Assembly: GCA_024743255.1 (NCBI GenBank)
Contig: JANSWY010000006.1
Location: 11,610-75,609, forward strand
Origin: a bacterium
GTDB taxonomy: Bacteria > Bacteroidota > Bacteroidia > Cytophagales > Cyclobacteriaceae
DNA length: 64,000 nucleotides
Reading direction: 5' to 3'
A program made the translations under genes and the position numbers. Below the pieces are notes generated by a model. The model was not told the origin of the DNA and made no database searches. It worked only from the letters and a program-made list of their open reading frames with translations. Every line of letters begins with the position of its first letter. The stretch's first letter is position 1. This document shows, piece by piece, positions 19,291-29,048 of the stretch.

Positions 19291-21054
19291 TTGGCAGGAA
19301 CCACGAACTTTAAATTTCTCAAAACAGTAGGTAAACCTATTGAATACCGATTATTCGAAATCGTGAATTCAATTGCGGTAATTCTCATGGCATTTTGGGT
19401 TGTGTATGGAATCATTGTAGGATATGAAACTCCAATAATGATTATTTACACTAGTGCGTTAGTGATATTCCTGGCTCTTTGGTTAGCATTTCGAAACAAC
19501 ATCAATTTCCGAATAGTTACAGGCATATTCTATCTATTTAGTGCTATAGCCATAGCTTTTGCATGGTTTCCTTCTGGAGGTTCGTATGGGGCCATTATGC
19601 ACTCTTTTGTATTGATTTATATTTCGGGCTTATTAATTCTTAAACCTCGTGCATTTCTCACTTATAGTGTAGTAATGGTGAGTATTGCTATCGCAGCTTC
19701 AGTTTTAGAATACATTAACCCGGATCTTGCGGCACCATATGTCGACACCAAACAACGAATAATGGATATTGGAATTGCCAATGTTGCCATGTTGATTATT
19801 GTTTCATTGTGCATATTCCTTTTCAAAAGAGCTAATGACCTTGATCGTAATAAGATAGAAGATCTATTCCAAAATCTGGAGAAAGAGAAAACCAAAGCTG
19901 AATCAGCAGATCACGCTAAATCTCAGTTCCTTGCTACTATTAGCCATGAAATGAGAACTCCACTAAATGGTATCCTGGGTATCTCAGAGCTGCTAAATCA
20001 AACAGAATTAAATGAGGAACAATCTCAATTAGTGAGAAATCTCATTGTAAGTAGTGAAATGCTTCATAATCTAGTTAGCGATGTGCTTGACCTCACTCAA
20101 ATTGAAGACAATAAACTTGTATTACATGAAGTAGATTTTGATCTCTCTTACGAAATTAAAAATATTAAAAGCATCTTCGTAGATAGAATTAAGAGGGAGG
20201 ACAAGAATGTTGAGCTCGTTTTTGATTTTGACGATAAGATTGATGTTGTGCTTACGGGAGATGTCTTAAGATTAAAGCAAGTCATCATTAATCTGGTTAA
20301 CAATGCTCTCAAGTTCACTGAAAGAGGTATGATCAAAGTATCAACTGAACTTCTGGAAGAACGAGAAAAAGAACTTTTGATTAATGTTTCAGTAAGAGAT
20401 ACCGGAATAGGAATTCCGAAAGATCAATTAAAGAAACTTTTTAACAAGTTTTCTAAAATTGATACCCCTGAACACAACCGCAAAGACGGTACTGGACTTG
20501 GACTGGTGATTACCAAAAATATCGTTGAGGCAATGCAAGGTGAAGTAAGGGTAAGTAGTGAATTTGGAGTTGGTTCCGTTTTCAGTTTTATTGCGCCTTT
20601 CAAGATTGCGGAGAATCAGGAATTGGAGCAAGCAAATGTTGAGGACATAGACTTAAGTCCACATAAATTAAAAGTATTGATTGCAGAGGATTACGAAATA
20701 AATAGATTGGTAGCCACTAAAACATTATTGAATTTAGGGATTGCAGAAGTAGAAACGGCAATTGATGGAATGGAAGCTTATGAAAAAGCTGTTATAGGAA
20801 GTCCGGATTTTATTTTGATGGATATGAAAATGCCGGAACTTGATGGTCTTGGAGCTACAGAACTTATTTTGGATAAATACAGGGAGGATCATCGCACTCC
20901 TCCGGTAATAATTGCTACTACTGCTAATGCATTAAAAGAAGACATTGACGCATGTTTACAGGTTGGAATGTCACATTTCGTTTCAAAACCATATAACCAA
21001 CAAACCATTTATAACGCCTTTAAGCGTTTTCTAACCAACGGCCATAATAATTAA
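19291..21054 (+). CDS. Hybrid sensor histidine kinase / response regulator
   Basis: N-terminal multi-TM sensor, HisKA (SHEMRTPLNGILG), HATPase_c (DTGIGIP…GTGLGL), C-terminal REC (LIAEDYEINR…DMKMPELDG). The ORF-track start is a TTG; the true start could be the internal ATG at MAFWVV. Confidence 0.75.
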   Translation: MAGTTNFKFLKTVGKPIEYRLFEIVNSIAVILMAFWVVYGIIVGYETPIMIIYTSALVIFLALWLAFRNNINFRIVTGIFYLFSAIAIAFAWFPSGGSYGAIMHSFVLIYISGLLILKPRAFLTYSVVMVSIAIAASVLEYINPDLAAPYVDTKQRIMDIGIANVAMLIIVSLCIFLFKRANDLDRNKIEDLFQNLEKEKTKAESADHAKSQFLATISHEMRTPLNGILGISELLNQTELNEEQSQLVRNLIVSSEMLHNLVSDVLDLTQIEDNKLVLHEVDFDLSYEIKNIKSIFVDRIKREDKNVELVFDFDDKIDVVLTGDVLRLKQVIINLVNNALKFTERGMIKVSTELLEEREKELLINVSVRDTGIGIPKDQLKKLFNKFSKIDTPEHNRKDGTGLGLVITKNIVEAMQGEVRVSSEFGVGSVFSFIAPFKIAENQELEQANVEDIDLSPHKLKVLIAEDYEINRLVATKTLLNLGIAEVETAIDGMEAYEKAVIGSPDFILMDMKMPELDGLGATELILDKYREDHRTPPVIIATTANALKEDIDACLQVGMSHFVSKPYNQQTIYNAFKRFLTNGHNN

Positions 21055-21272
21055 TGGATCCAAAAATCTTAATTGAACTAACGAAGTTCAAAATGCCTTT
21101 CGGGAAATATAAAGACAGAGTAATATGCGACCTCCCCTCCTACTACCTGGAATGGTTTCATGGGCAAGGTTTTCCGCCAGGAAAATTGGGAATGCTTTTA
21201 TCTACCATGTACGAGATCAAAATCAATGGTCTCGATTATTTGCTTGAACCGATAAAGGCTAATAGATTGTAA
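21054..21272 (+). CDS. DUF3820-like small protein
   Basis: MPFGKYKDRVICDLPSYYLEWFHGQGFPPGKLG resembles the DUF3820 signature. ATG overlaps the upstream stop (TAATGG). Confidence 0.45.
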   Translation: MDPKILIELTKFKMPFGKYKDRVICDLPSYYLEWFHGQGFPPGKLGMLLSTMYEIKINGLDYLLEPIKANRL

Positions 21273-22302
21273 ATCGTACAGGATCAGTAAGCCTAATTGA
21301 ACCATCAGGCAGTTTGACTCTGAGTTGAATGAAGAATAAGTCATTTTGATTCAGCCCATTTAGAAACCTTCTTTGCGCTGGACTGATAATCAAACTCTTA
21401 GTACGATAATTAGATACGCCAAATTGATCCCCTGATACAATAAGATCTAGTATTTCGACTTCATCCTTGCTCATCGAAACATACCAATCAAATTCAACTC
21501 TCTGAAGTTGATTCAACCGACTTTTGGAAATGAAGCCTCCAGCGAATCCTCCCAATTTAGGAATAGGAGATGGTAGTTCAATTACCATAAATTCTGTTGT
21601 ATCCGACTCCTGCATGATACTGTCATTATCGAAAGTACTTGATATGATTTTTGCGCTACCCTTCTCACTTGGAACTGCAAGAAACTGACCTTCTCTTTCT
21701 ATAATTTCTCCATTAGTAATATTAACATCCAAATAGCCATTATCCACAGCAGCCATTGCTACAGTAACCGGGTTTTCAATATTCATATACAAAACCTCTG
21801 TTATGGAATCATTTGTTACTCTATGATCCAATACCGCAACAGTATCTTGCACTACCATTGATAAAACACCCAAAGCACACCCCTTTTTACCTTCTTTAAA
21901 AGAGGATAAAAATGTGTAGGTTTTTGTTACCTCCGGAGTATACTCAAATCTTTGATTATCAACTTTGGACTCTACATCGAAAGTACTTCCCAGCACATTA
22001 TTCCTATCCATTAGTTGCATAATCAACTGACCTTCAAATTCAGGATTATTAGTAACTGTAAGTCGGTAAGTAACACCAGAGTCAAGCTGAGTTCGGAATT
22101 TTTGAAACCTAACGGGTGACTTCATGGTACCTGCCTTTAGTTTCACCTTGAAGTCGCTGAGGTAAAATGCATCAATACCAGCCTCTTTCAATGCCTGTTC
22201 CCTGATGGATTCATGACATTGGGCAAAAACTTGCTGACTGCTAATTATTAGCAATAGCAGCACAAGTAATAGTAATGGGCGATATGTTAATATTTTATTC
22301 AA
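21259..22302 (-). CDS. Hypothetical secreted protein
   Basis: Signal peptide MNKILTYRPLLLLVLLLLIISSQQVFAQ. No domain recognised. Confidence 0.4.
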   Translation of the reverse strand: MNKILTYRPLLLLVLLLLIISSQQVFAQCHESIREQALKEAGIDAFYLSDFKVKLKAGTMKSPVRFQKFRTQLDSGVTYRLTVTNNPEFEGQLIMQLMDRNNVLGSTFDVESKVDNQRFEYTPEVTKTYTFLSSFKEGKKGCALGVLSMVVQDTVAVLDHRVTNDSITEVLYMNIENPVTVAMAAVDNGYLDVNITNGEIIEREGQFLAVPSEKGSAKIISSTFDNDSIMQESDTTEFMVIELPSPIPKLGGFAGGFISKSRLNQLQRVEFDWYVSMSKDEVEILDLIVSGDQFGVSNYRTKSLIISPAQRRFLNGLNQNDLFFIQLRVKLPDGSIRLTDPVRFTIY

Positions 22303-23451
22303 TTATTCAACTAATACATCTACTGAAATTAAAACATCAAAGGGCTGATCCAGCTGAAACCAGGTCCGTGATAATGAATAGTGCCAGGTCCTATATTTTT
22401 TTGACTTCTTATATCCTAATTTTTGACCATACGACAAAATTTGTTGCATTGCGGCCTGTCTTCTCTTCATTATTCTATTGGAGCGTTTTGGTGGGTTCAT
22501 TTGAATGAATGCCTCATAATCATTTGGATAAACACCTTCCATAGCCACAAAAAACCCACCCTCCGGAATATCTAAATCATATTCCCAAACATTGATTTCA
22601 TACCATCCTCTGGTAACATCCGGTTGCACTACAAGAAACTGTTTCAGAATATCCTTGCCAGGACCACTTGTGATAGTATCTACATCATAAACCCTCACTC
22701 TAAAAGGAGCATTGGTATTACCTTTTTCTGATAGAAAGTATCGGATTTTCTCAATTTTACCAATCTTAGATTCTGTCTCAATAAATAGAGCTGTTTGTTG
22801 GCCATGAGTATCCATATATAGCTCTCCCTTGGCTTTTTTAGCATCCAAACCAAGAACCTGACTTTTGTATCCTTTTGATTCTACTTCAAGCGTAGGAAGT
22901 AAATACTGCTTTGGTTTCAAATCGATTGTGTCTGGGTTTTGTGAATAACTGGTGAATACAAACTTTTCATAACCCATTGACGATACCTGGATAGTATCAT
23001 TTTTAAACTCAATTGGCACTTCAAGAAGATAAACTCCTCTATAATCACAAATTGCTCCTACGAGTTTTCCCTTTACTTCAACAGTTGCATAGGGTACTCC
23101 TAAACCAGAATTAGCATCTCTGATAACACCTGTAATAATAGTAGGAGTTTCCACCTGTTTGAGCCTGAGGATAATGATATCATCTTTGTAAAAGAATTCA
23201 ATCGCTGTATTTCGTAGAATCACTGAGAGTATTTCCGGTGGAGTTTTACCTTTGAATTTGCCTGAAACAATCACATTTTGTGCCTCAAGCATATTGCTGG
23301 AATAGGAAAAGTTAATATTATATGTATCGTGTAATTGACTAATAACTTCCGGTAAACTAGCATTATCAAATTCTATCAAAGTAGTATCAGTCTGGCAAAA
23401 TGCCAGTGACTTTAATAGGATTAGCGATATGGTAGTTAGGAATAGCTTCAA
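22303..23451 (-). CDS. STN + carboxypeptidase-regulatory-like domain protein (N-terminal module of a TonB-dependent receptor, with no barrel)
   Basis: Signal peptide; STN-like region (LPEVISQLHDTYNINFSYSS…PEILSVIL); CarboxypepD_reg-like block ITGVIRDANSGLGVPYATVEVKG. Only 382 aa, so no plug or barrel. Confidence 0.5.
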   Translation of the reverse strand: MKLFLTTISLILLKSLAFCQTDTTLIEFDNASLPEVISQLHDTYNINFSYSSNMLEAQNVIVSGKFKGKTPPEILSVILRNTAIEFFYKDDIIILRLKQVETPTIITGVIRDANSGLGVPYATVEVKGKLVGAICDYRGVYLLEVPIEFKNDTIQVSSMGYEKFVFTSYSQNPDTIDLKPKQYLLPTLEVESKGYKSQVLGLDAKKAKGELYMDTHGQQTALFIETESKIGKIEKIRYFLSEKGNTNAPFRVRVYDVDTITSGPGKDILKQFLVVQPDVTRGWYEINVWEYDLDIPEGGFFVAMEGVYPNDYEAFIQMNPPKRSNRIMKRRQAAMQQILSYGQKLGYKKSKKYRTWHYSLSRTWFQLDQPFDVLISVDVLVE

Positions 23452-23457
23452 AAAATG

Positions 23458-24405
23458 TTATGATGTACTGATTACGTACTTATTGTTGACAAATTCAACT
23501 TTTAAATTAACTGTTAAAGAAATGATATCAAGGATTTGCTGAATATTCTTGTTTTCGAACCTACCTGAATATTTGAGCTCTTCTGAAACACTTTCTAATT
23601 GAATTGGCTTCCCATAATACTTAGTAAGATCTTTGACAACCTCAGAAAGCTTAACATCATTGAACTCTAAAACCCCGGTTTGCCAGAATAGATGATTTGA
23701 ATTTTCAACAGTTGCCACGGCAATCTGATCGCTTGATTTCTCAACTTTCGCACTCTGTCCTTTAATTAAAATCTCAGAACTTGCACCTTTACTGAAAGAT
23801 ACCTTGCCTTCATCGACTAGAATTATGATATCCTCCTGATTCTTTTCTGCTGTCAAATTAAAAGCTGTGCCAAGCACCTTGGTTTGAGTCCCGAGTGCTT
23901 CAATTACAAATGGGTGATCCGGATCTCGCTTCACCTGAAAGTAAGCATCTCCAACTAATTGCAATGTACGGTTCTCTACAAAATCTTCAGCATAGCTAAT
24001 CTCACTATTCATACTCAACCACACTTTGGTTCCATCTTTCAACTCATGCAGTACTCCTGGTTTTTCAGCTTTGAAAGAAATCAAGATCTCTTCTTTTGGT
24101 GCAAAAAAAGTAGTATATAAGAGCCCTATAAATAAGAATAGTGCCAAAACAGCAGCTAAACGATAATACCAAGGGAACCTCACTTGATTGTCACTATCAC
24201 CCAAAATTTCATTCAGAATTTCATTCCCCTTGCGATCTAGTTCCTCGTCTTGCTTTTTATTGGTGTGCCAGGTAGCTAAAAACAATTGAAACTCTCTCTC
24301 ATTCTCCTGAGATTCATTTCTCCAATCTGTGATAACTTTCTTCTCCTGTTCAGAGCACTCTCCAACTAAATACTTCCCAATCAATTCATACGGAATACTT
24401 TCCAT
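23458..24405 (-). CDS. FecR-family anti-sigma factor
   Basis: N-terminal cytoplasmic region, one TM helix (LAAVLALFLFIGLLY), FecR domain, C-terminal DUF4974-like region. Confidence 0.65.
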   Translation of the reverse strand: MESIPYELIGKYLVGECSEQEKKVITDWRNESQENEREFQLFLATWHTNKKQDEELDRKGNEILNEILGDSDNQVRFPWYYRLAAVLALFLFIGLLYTTFFAPKEEILISFKAEKPGVLHELKDGTKVWLSMNSEISYAEDFVENRTLQLVGDAYFQVKRDPDHPFVIEALGTQTKVLGTAFNLTAEKNQEDIIILVDEGKVSFSKGASSEILIKGQSAKVEKSSDQIAVATVENSNHLFWQTGVLEFNDVKLSEVVKDLTKYYGKPIQLESVSEELKYSGRFENKNIQQILDIISLTVNLKVEFVNNKYVISTS

Positions 24406-24415
24406 TCTTCTGTCT

Positions 24416-24979
24416 TTACGCCATCATGAAATCTGATAGCTGTGGCTTTAATATTTCTCTTAACTTCTTTAATGCAATCCCCATTTGATTCTCGACGGTC
24501 TTCTCCGAAACCTCCAAAAATTCGGCTATTTCAGAATAAGTAAGTCCATCCTCCTTAGCCAGCCTGTAAATTTGCCGGCACTTGTTGGGTAATTGCTGAA
24601 TGGCGTCATTCACAAGACGCCCAAAATCTAAAGACTCCTGATCATTAAAATATTCATAGGCCTGAAAGGACTCTTCTATATAGTCCGTTTCATACCGCAT
24701 TCTGGTATTGCTTGCTTTTATTTGATTGTAACTTTCATTCTTTGCAGAAGTAAGCAAATATGAGCTTACTGACTTCACAATAAACAGGTTTTCACGCTTT
24801 TCCCAAAGCTTTACAAATACCTGTTGAACAATATCTACAGCCAAATCCTGAGATCTTACAATGGACATTACAAATGCACAGACCCGATTAAAGTATCGTT
24901 TAAACAATGCCCTAAAAGCGCCGTGATCTCCATTTTTAATCTCGGCAAATAATTCCTGATCAGAAGCTTCTTCTTTCAA
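24416..24979 (-). CDS. ECF (sigma-70 family) RNA polymerase sigma factor
   Basis: Sigma-70 region 2 (FRALFKRYFNRVCAFVMSIV) and region 4 HTH (LTYSEIAEFLEVSEKTVENQM). Confidence 0.75.
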   Translation of the reverse strand: MKEEASDQELFAEIKNGDHGAFRALFKRYFNRVCAFVMSIVRSQDLAVDIVQQVFVKLWEKRENLFIVKSVSSYLLTSAKNESYNQIKASNTRMRYETDYIEESFQAYEYFNDQESLDFGRLVNDAIQQLPNKCRQIYRLAKEDGLTYSEIAEFLEVSEKTVENQMGIALKKLREILKPQLSDFMMA

Positions 24980-25056
24980 TGATGTTAGATTTAGTGAATT
25001 GGTTGACCGGTAGACAGCCGCCGATTTTATCCCCCCTAAAAATATTTGAATATTTT

Positions 25057-27801
25057 TTATTTCTCATATTGAATGAATTGCAATAGCTCGCTAAAACATT
25101 CATCCTGATCAAAAAACCAATATGAATAGGGCATTGGAAATGTAGGTAAACCTGCCCGTTTTAAGATTTTTAATTCATCGACACTCAGGACAGCCTCGAA
25201 TTCTCCTGGATACCCAATGAGGTTAACCCCATAAAACTTATCATCTACCTCAAGGACGATATCCACCATCATTCCAGCTATTTCATAACCTGGCCAGTAT
25301 TTAATTTGACGCTCATCTAATCTGGATTGAACCTGCGCGAGAAATTCATCGTGGATTTTTTCTGATACGACCTCATTTGACGTATTATTAATGATAGAAG
25401 ACAAATACCTACTAACATAATGACCAAACCGATTAATCTCTTTGAAAGATTTTAGAATATACTGTTTAGACCGTGCTCTTGTGATCGCAACATTAAAGAC
25501 ATCTGCCTTATTCATATGGTAAATGGCAGTGCTATGCGCATCATCATCTAAAGTCAAAGTTAGAAACATCACATCTCTTTCCTCTCCCTGGAAACCATAA
25601 GGAGTACTGCACAGCATATTATGCCTTTCAATGAGTGTTATATCAAAAGCTTTCATCAATTCAGTATTAATATAATCCACCTGATCCCGGAACGGAGAAA
25701 TAATACCAATACTCTGAACTATATCTGAATTAAAATTGAGCTGACTATTAACCAGATGATGAATCATTGCCATTATCCTGTTCGCCTCTACTTGATTCAC
25801 TCCTTTTGATGATCTTTTACCATCCAAATCGATTAATTCAAGACTTTTTAAATATTTTCTGGCTGGAATTGAAGTCATCAACCTAAGTGCATCCTCATAA
25901 AATTCAGTATTGCTAAATTGGATCAGGTCTGGGTTGCTTCTGAAGTGTTCATTAAGAAAGATCACCTGATTTTGATTCTTAATTCGGTTATTCACCAAAT
26001 CCAATATGCTTAGATTTCGATAATCAAACATCATGTCGTCTTCATGTAGATTATGTCTGTTTCTTAATGTCTGTTGTATAGATTCAGATAAGAATGAGAG
26101 GTGACGTAATTGCTTCGGGTCTCCCACAACTACTACCCTTTTGGCTCTGAAAAAGATAGGAAGACTACTTGCTATATCACACTGACTGGCCTCATCTATT
26201 ATGGCAAGATCAAATTGCTCATTCACCATCGGAAGGAAATCATGGATGTCAGACATATTTACAAGCCAAATCGGAAGGGTCCCAAATAGAACTGAATAAT
26301 CAACTTCCCTGAACAACTGCTGCTGTTTAGAACTATACCTACTGCTGATAGCACTCAGAAACTTCCTGAAGACGGACCTATTTAGAATAATAGATCTCTT
26401 AATTTGATCCTCAAACCCCAAAGAAACATGATCCTTGATTAACCTGATTTTTGCTTCAAGGTGTTCGAATAAATCAGAAACCACTTTCCAGTGTGGATTT
26501 TGTAATCCGTTTCTCCAATTGATATACTTTTTACCAATAGAAACAAACAAGCCCTTCTTATGCCCTTTTTCAGCCAAATAGGAAGCCCAATCCAATTCTT
26601 TGTCGGATTGCGCAATAAAATCATCTTCCAGCGTACTAAGTGAGTGCGACCTCATTCTTAATTCTCTTTCTATCACCAGAAGTTCATCCTCATTTGTGCT
26701 CTTAATCTTTCTTGCCCTAATACTTGACAACCGGTTTTCCAATCTCGACTTCAGCTCCTTTTGGTAATTCCGCTTTCCTGCCCTGGTAGTAACCCCAGTC
26801 ACGTTGAGATCTTTTTCAATCTTGTCAGCAATGACATCAACAGCCTGATTTGTCTTAGAAGAAATTAGCACCGACTTCCCCTTACTCATAAACTCAACTG
26901 CAAGTGCCGCTATGCTGTAAGACTTACCAGTTCCTGGAGGACCTACCACCATGGTGAGATAATTGGAATTAACAGACTCGATAATTCGTTCCTGAGAAGC
27001 ATTTAATACAGTTGGCACATACCCTCTTTCAAGAGTATCCGGAATTCTATTAAAGTCTGGTTCCAGCAACTGCTTTAAAGGTCTGGAGGCAGTTTTATTA
27101 ATGGCAATCTCTTCCAGCTCATTCAGTATACCTAAAGTATAGTTTGATTTCTTGATAACCCCTAAAGTCAAAGTAGACAGAATCCGAAAGCCGACATTTT
27201 TGGCAAGGTTCTTCGGTTGAAGAATTCTTTTCAATGCAGATTCCTTAATCAGGTCTGGATATTCAAGTATCTCCTCACCATTAAAATCGTGCAACTCTGT
27301 CTCCAGAATTCGTTTAATCTTCCCAGCTGATTCAAACGACAGAATATCTCTTGGAACCTCTTTATTAATCACCTCAAAGAGATCCATTTTTTCATTATTC
27401 TTGAGAGTAGAGAGGAAATTAATATTCAGGATTCTCTTATTCTGGTTGATTTCAACAAAATGCAATTCCTTCTCTTCAATCAGTCTTGCCGGATAGAAAA
27501 ACAAAGGCGCACAGATTTTATGAGATTTTTCATCAGAGTCTTCTGAAGTTCCAATTATAAAAAATGCACAAGCATAAAGCTCCTTTTCCTTTTTATAGAG
27601 ATTAAGATTTTTAGAAACCTCATCATAATAATCAGATGTCACTGGCAAATAAGGCAGATGCCCATTTAGCAATTCATCCTCTCCCTCCACAACAAACTTA
27701 TTTTCAACCTTCGACGAAAAGAAATTAGTCAAAGACAATGTCCTGGTATCTGCCTGATAACAATCACGAAAGTATGAGATGATGTTTGAGAAGTTGGTCA
27801 T
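25057..27801 (-). CDS. SF1 (Upf1/DNA2-like) helicase fused to a C-terminal PD-(D/E)xK-like nuclease-fold domain
   Basis: Walker A VVGPPGTGKSYSI, Walker B LAIIDEASQ, VVVVGDPKQL, C-terminal helicase motifs (GFQGEERDVMFLTL…VAITRAR). The C-terminal roughly 100 aa (GMMVDIVLEVDDKFYGVNLIGYP) resemble a DUF559/Vsr-like nuclease fold. Confidence 0.6.
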   Translation of the reverse strand: MTNFSNIISYFRDCYQADTRTLSLTNFFSSKVENKFVVEGEDELLNGHLPYLPVTSDYYDEVSKNLNLYKKEKELYACAFFIIGTSEDSDEKSHKICAPLFFYPARLIEEKELHFVEINQNKRILNINFLSTLKNNEKMDLFEVINKEVPRDILSFESAGKIKRILETELHDFNGEEILEYPDLIKESALKRILQPKNLAKNVGFRILSTLTLGVIKKSNYTLGILNELEEIAINKTASRPLKQLLEPDFNRIPDTLERGYVPTVLNASQERIIESVNSNYLTMVVGPPGTGKSYSIAALAVEFMSKGKSVLISSKTNQAVDVIADKIEKDLNVTGVTTRAGKRNYQKELKSRLENRLSSIRARKIKSTNEDELLVIERELRMRSHSLSTLEDDFIAQSDKELDWASYLAEKGHKKGLFVSIGKKYINWRNGLQNPHWKVVSDLFEHLEAKIRLIKDHVSLGFEDQIKRSIILNRSVFRKFLSAISSRYSSKQQQLFREVDYSVLFGTLPIWLVNMSDIHDFLPMVNEQFDLAIIDEASQCDIASSLPIFFRAKRVVVVGDPKQLRHLSFLSESIQQTLRNRHNLHEDDMMFDYRNLSILDLVNNRIKNQNQVIFLNEHFRSNPDLIQFSNTEFYEDALRLMTSIPARKYLKSLELIDLDGKRSSKGVNQVEANRIMAMIHHLVNSQLNFNSDIVQSIGIISPFRDQVDYINTELMKAFDITLIERHNMLCSTPYGFQGEERDVMFLTLTLDDDAHSTAIYHMNKADVFNVAITRARSKQYILKSFKEINRFGHYVSRYLSSIINNTSNEVVSEKIHDEFLAQVQSRLDERQIKYWPGYEIAGMMVDIVLEVDDKFYGVNLIGYPGEFEAVLSVDELKILKRAGLPTFPMPYSYWFFDQDECFSELLQFIQYEK

Positions 27802-27803
27802 TT

Positions 27804-27849
27804 TTTGGCTGTTAGCTATTTGGCTGTTTAGCTTTTGGCTTTTTTAGCT
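27804..27849. repeat. Three tandem imperfect 15-16 bp direct repeats in the leader of the helicase-nuclease gene
   Basis: tttggctgttagcta / tttggctgtttagct / tttggcttttttagct, starting 3 nt from the start codon (its complement is at 27799-27801). Confidence 0.7.
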
Positions 27850-27963
27850 TTCAATTACATTGCAACTAAGATAACGTCATTCCTGAATTTCTGGAGCGAC
27901 ACAGAAAAGTATTACAACAAGATAATAAACTCGCTTGTCCGCCGAAGCTTAAGCGAAGGTGGA

Positions 27964-28737
27964 CTACCCAAACAACTTCTTCTCAATCTCCTGCAACCTT
28001 CTCTCCATCAACATCACCTTCTCCTCCAATACTTTTGGCGGATTAAGATAAGTACTAAAGACTCCCTTCACCTCCCAACATTCTAATATCTTTTTATGAG
28101 GAATATCAAGCTCAGGATAATTAGGGTCATCAGAACCCAGTTTGAGACTTGTCTTGGTGACTTCAGTAATTCTGTGAGTTTCTAATTGTTGTTCAGTAAC
28201 TACCACCACAATCTGTCCGGCCTTCAATTGAGCCTTGGCTAATTGATGACACATCAGAATATCACCATGATGTAATCCTTGCTGGTGATACTCCATCTCA
28301 GACCCATTCATTTCAAATGCTCTTATGGTTCCTTTCATCTTCACAGGTAAATGGACCCTCTCCAAATTGTTGATGAAGTCTTTATTTTTATGCTGAACCA
28401 TATACTCAACATATTTTTTTACGCTTACAAAAGGAACCCCACCCTGATTCGCAATTGGAGCTGCACTATCAGGAAGCTTATGTGCCTTGCTTAATTTTTT
28501 ATTGAGAATATCAATATTGTAAAGGTCATTTACTGATAATTCTTTACTCAAAAGCACATCAATTGATAAGCCAAAATAATTGGCAATTGAAATTATTGTA
28601 TCAATCTTAGGTTCAGCACGTTCTTCTTCGTATGCACCCACACTTGTACGAGAAAGCTCGAAAATCTCCGCAAATTGCATCTGAGACAGCTTTTTCATAC
28701 TTCTTATCTTCTTTATATTTCTACCTACAAAAGACAT
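27964..28737 (-). CDS. XRE-family HTH regulator with C-terminal S24 (LexA/cI-like) peptidase-like domain
   Basis: N-terminal HTH_3 (KKLSQMQFAEIFELSRTSVGAYEEERAEPKIDTIISIANYFGLSIDVL). C-terminal roughly 120 aa resemble a LexA/cI-type autoproteolytic domain. Confidence 0.55.
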   Translation of the reverse strand: MSFVGRNIKKIRSMKKLSQMQFAEIFELSRTSVGAYEEERAEPKIDTIISIANYFGLSIDVLLSKELSVNDLYNIDILNKKLSKAHKLPDSAAPIANQGGVPFVSVKKYVEYMVQHKNKDFINNLERVHLPVKMKGTIRAFEMNGSEMEYHQQGLHHGDILMCHQLAKAQLKAGQIVVVVTEQQLETHRITEVTKTSLKLGSDDPNYPELDIPHKKILECWEVKGVFSTYLNPPKVLEEKVMLMERRLQEIEKKLFG

Positions 28738-29048
28738 TTTTAATTTTTTTTGCCAAAAAAATGAGCAATTCCAAAACTATTGTCATAAAGCTACCGTATA
28801 TTTACTTGTATCACAAACAAAAACTTGAATAACGCGACTATGAACTCATTAAATAAATTAAAAATAAAACCATCTGGCTGACTTAAGCCCACCAAAGGTC
28901 AAATACTCAAATAAAAGGATTACTATATACTCATTAACATCAACCACTGTCTTTTAATAAAAAATAATTCGGGCGGAACTCTAAGGTCAAAAACGTATTA
29001 ATTAAATTAGCAAAAACTCAGATTATCGACCAAACAAAAATAGACACT

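Noticed and set aside
24980-25056. AT-only inverted repeat aaaaatat…atattttt as a terminator
   Set aside because: The stem is purely A/T (weak). It is more likely part of the AT-rich promoter region of the ECF sigma gene.
27804-27849. Possible mini-CRISPR array
   Set aside because: Only three units, which are contiguous with no spacers, are 15-16 bp long and AT-rich. There are no cas genes in the window.
25057-28737. Prophage or integrative element
   Set aside because: A cI-like repressor is present, but there is no integrase, recombinase or transposase, no tRNA/att duplication, and no phage structural genes. Not called as a mobile element.
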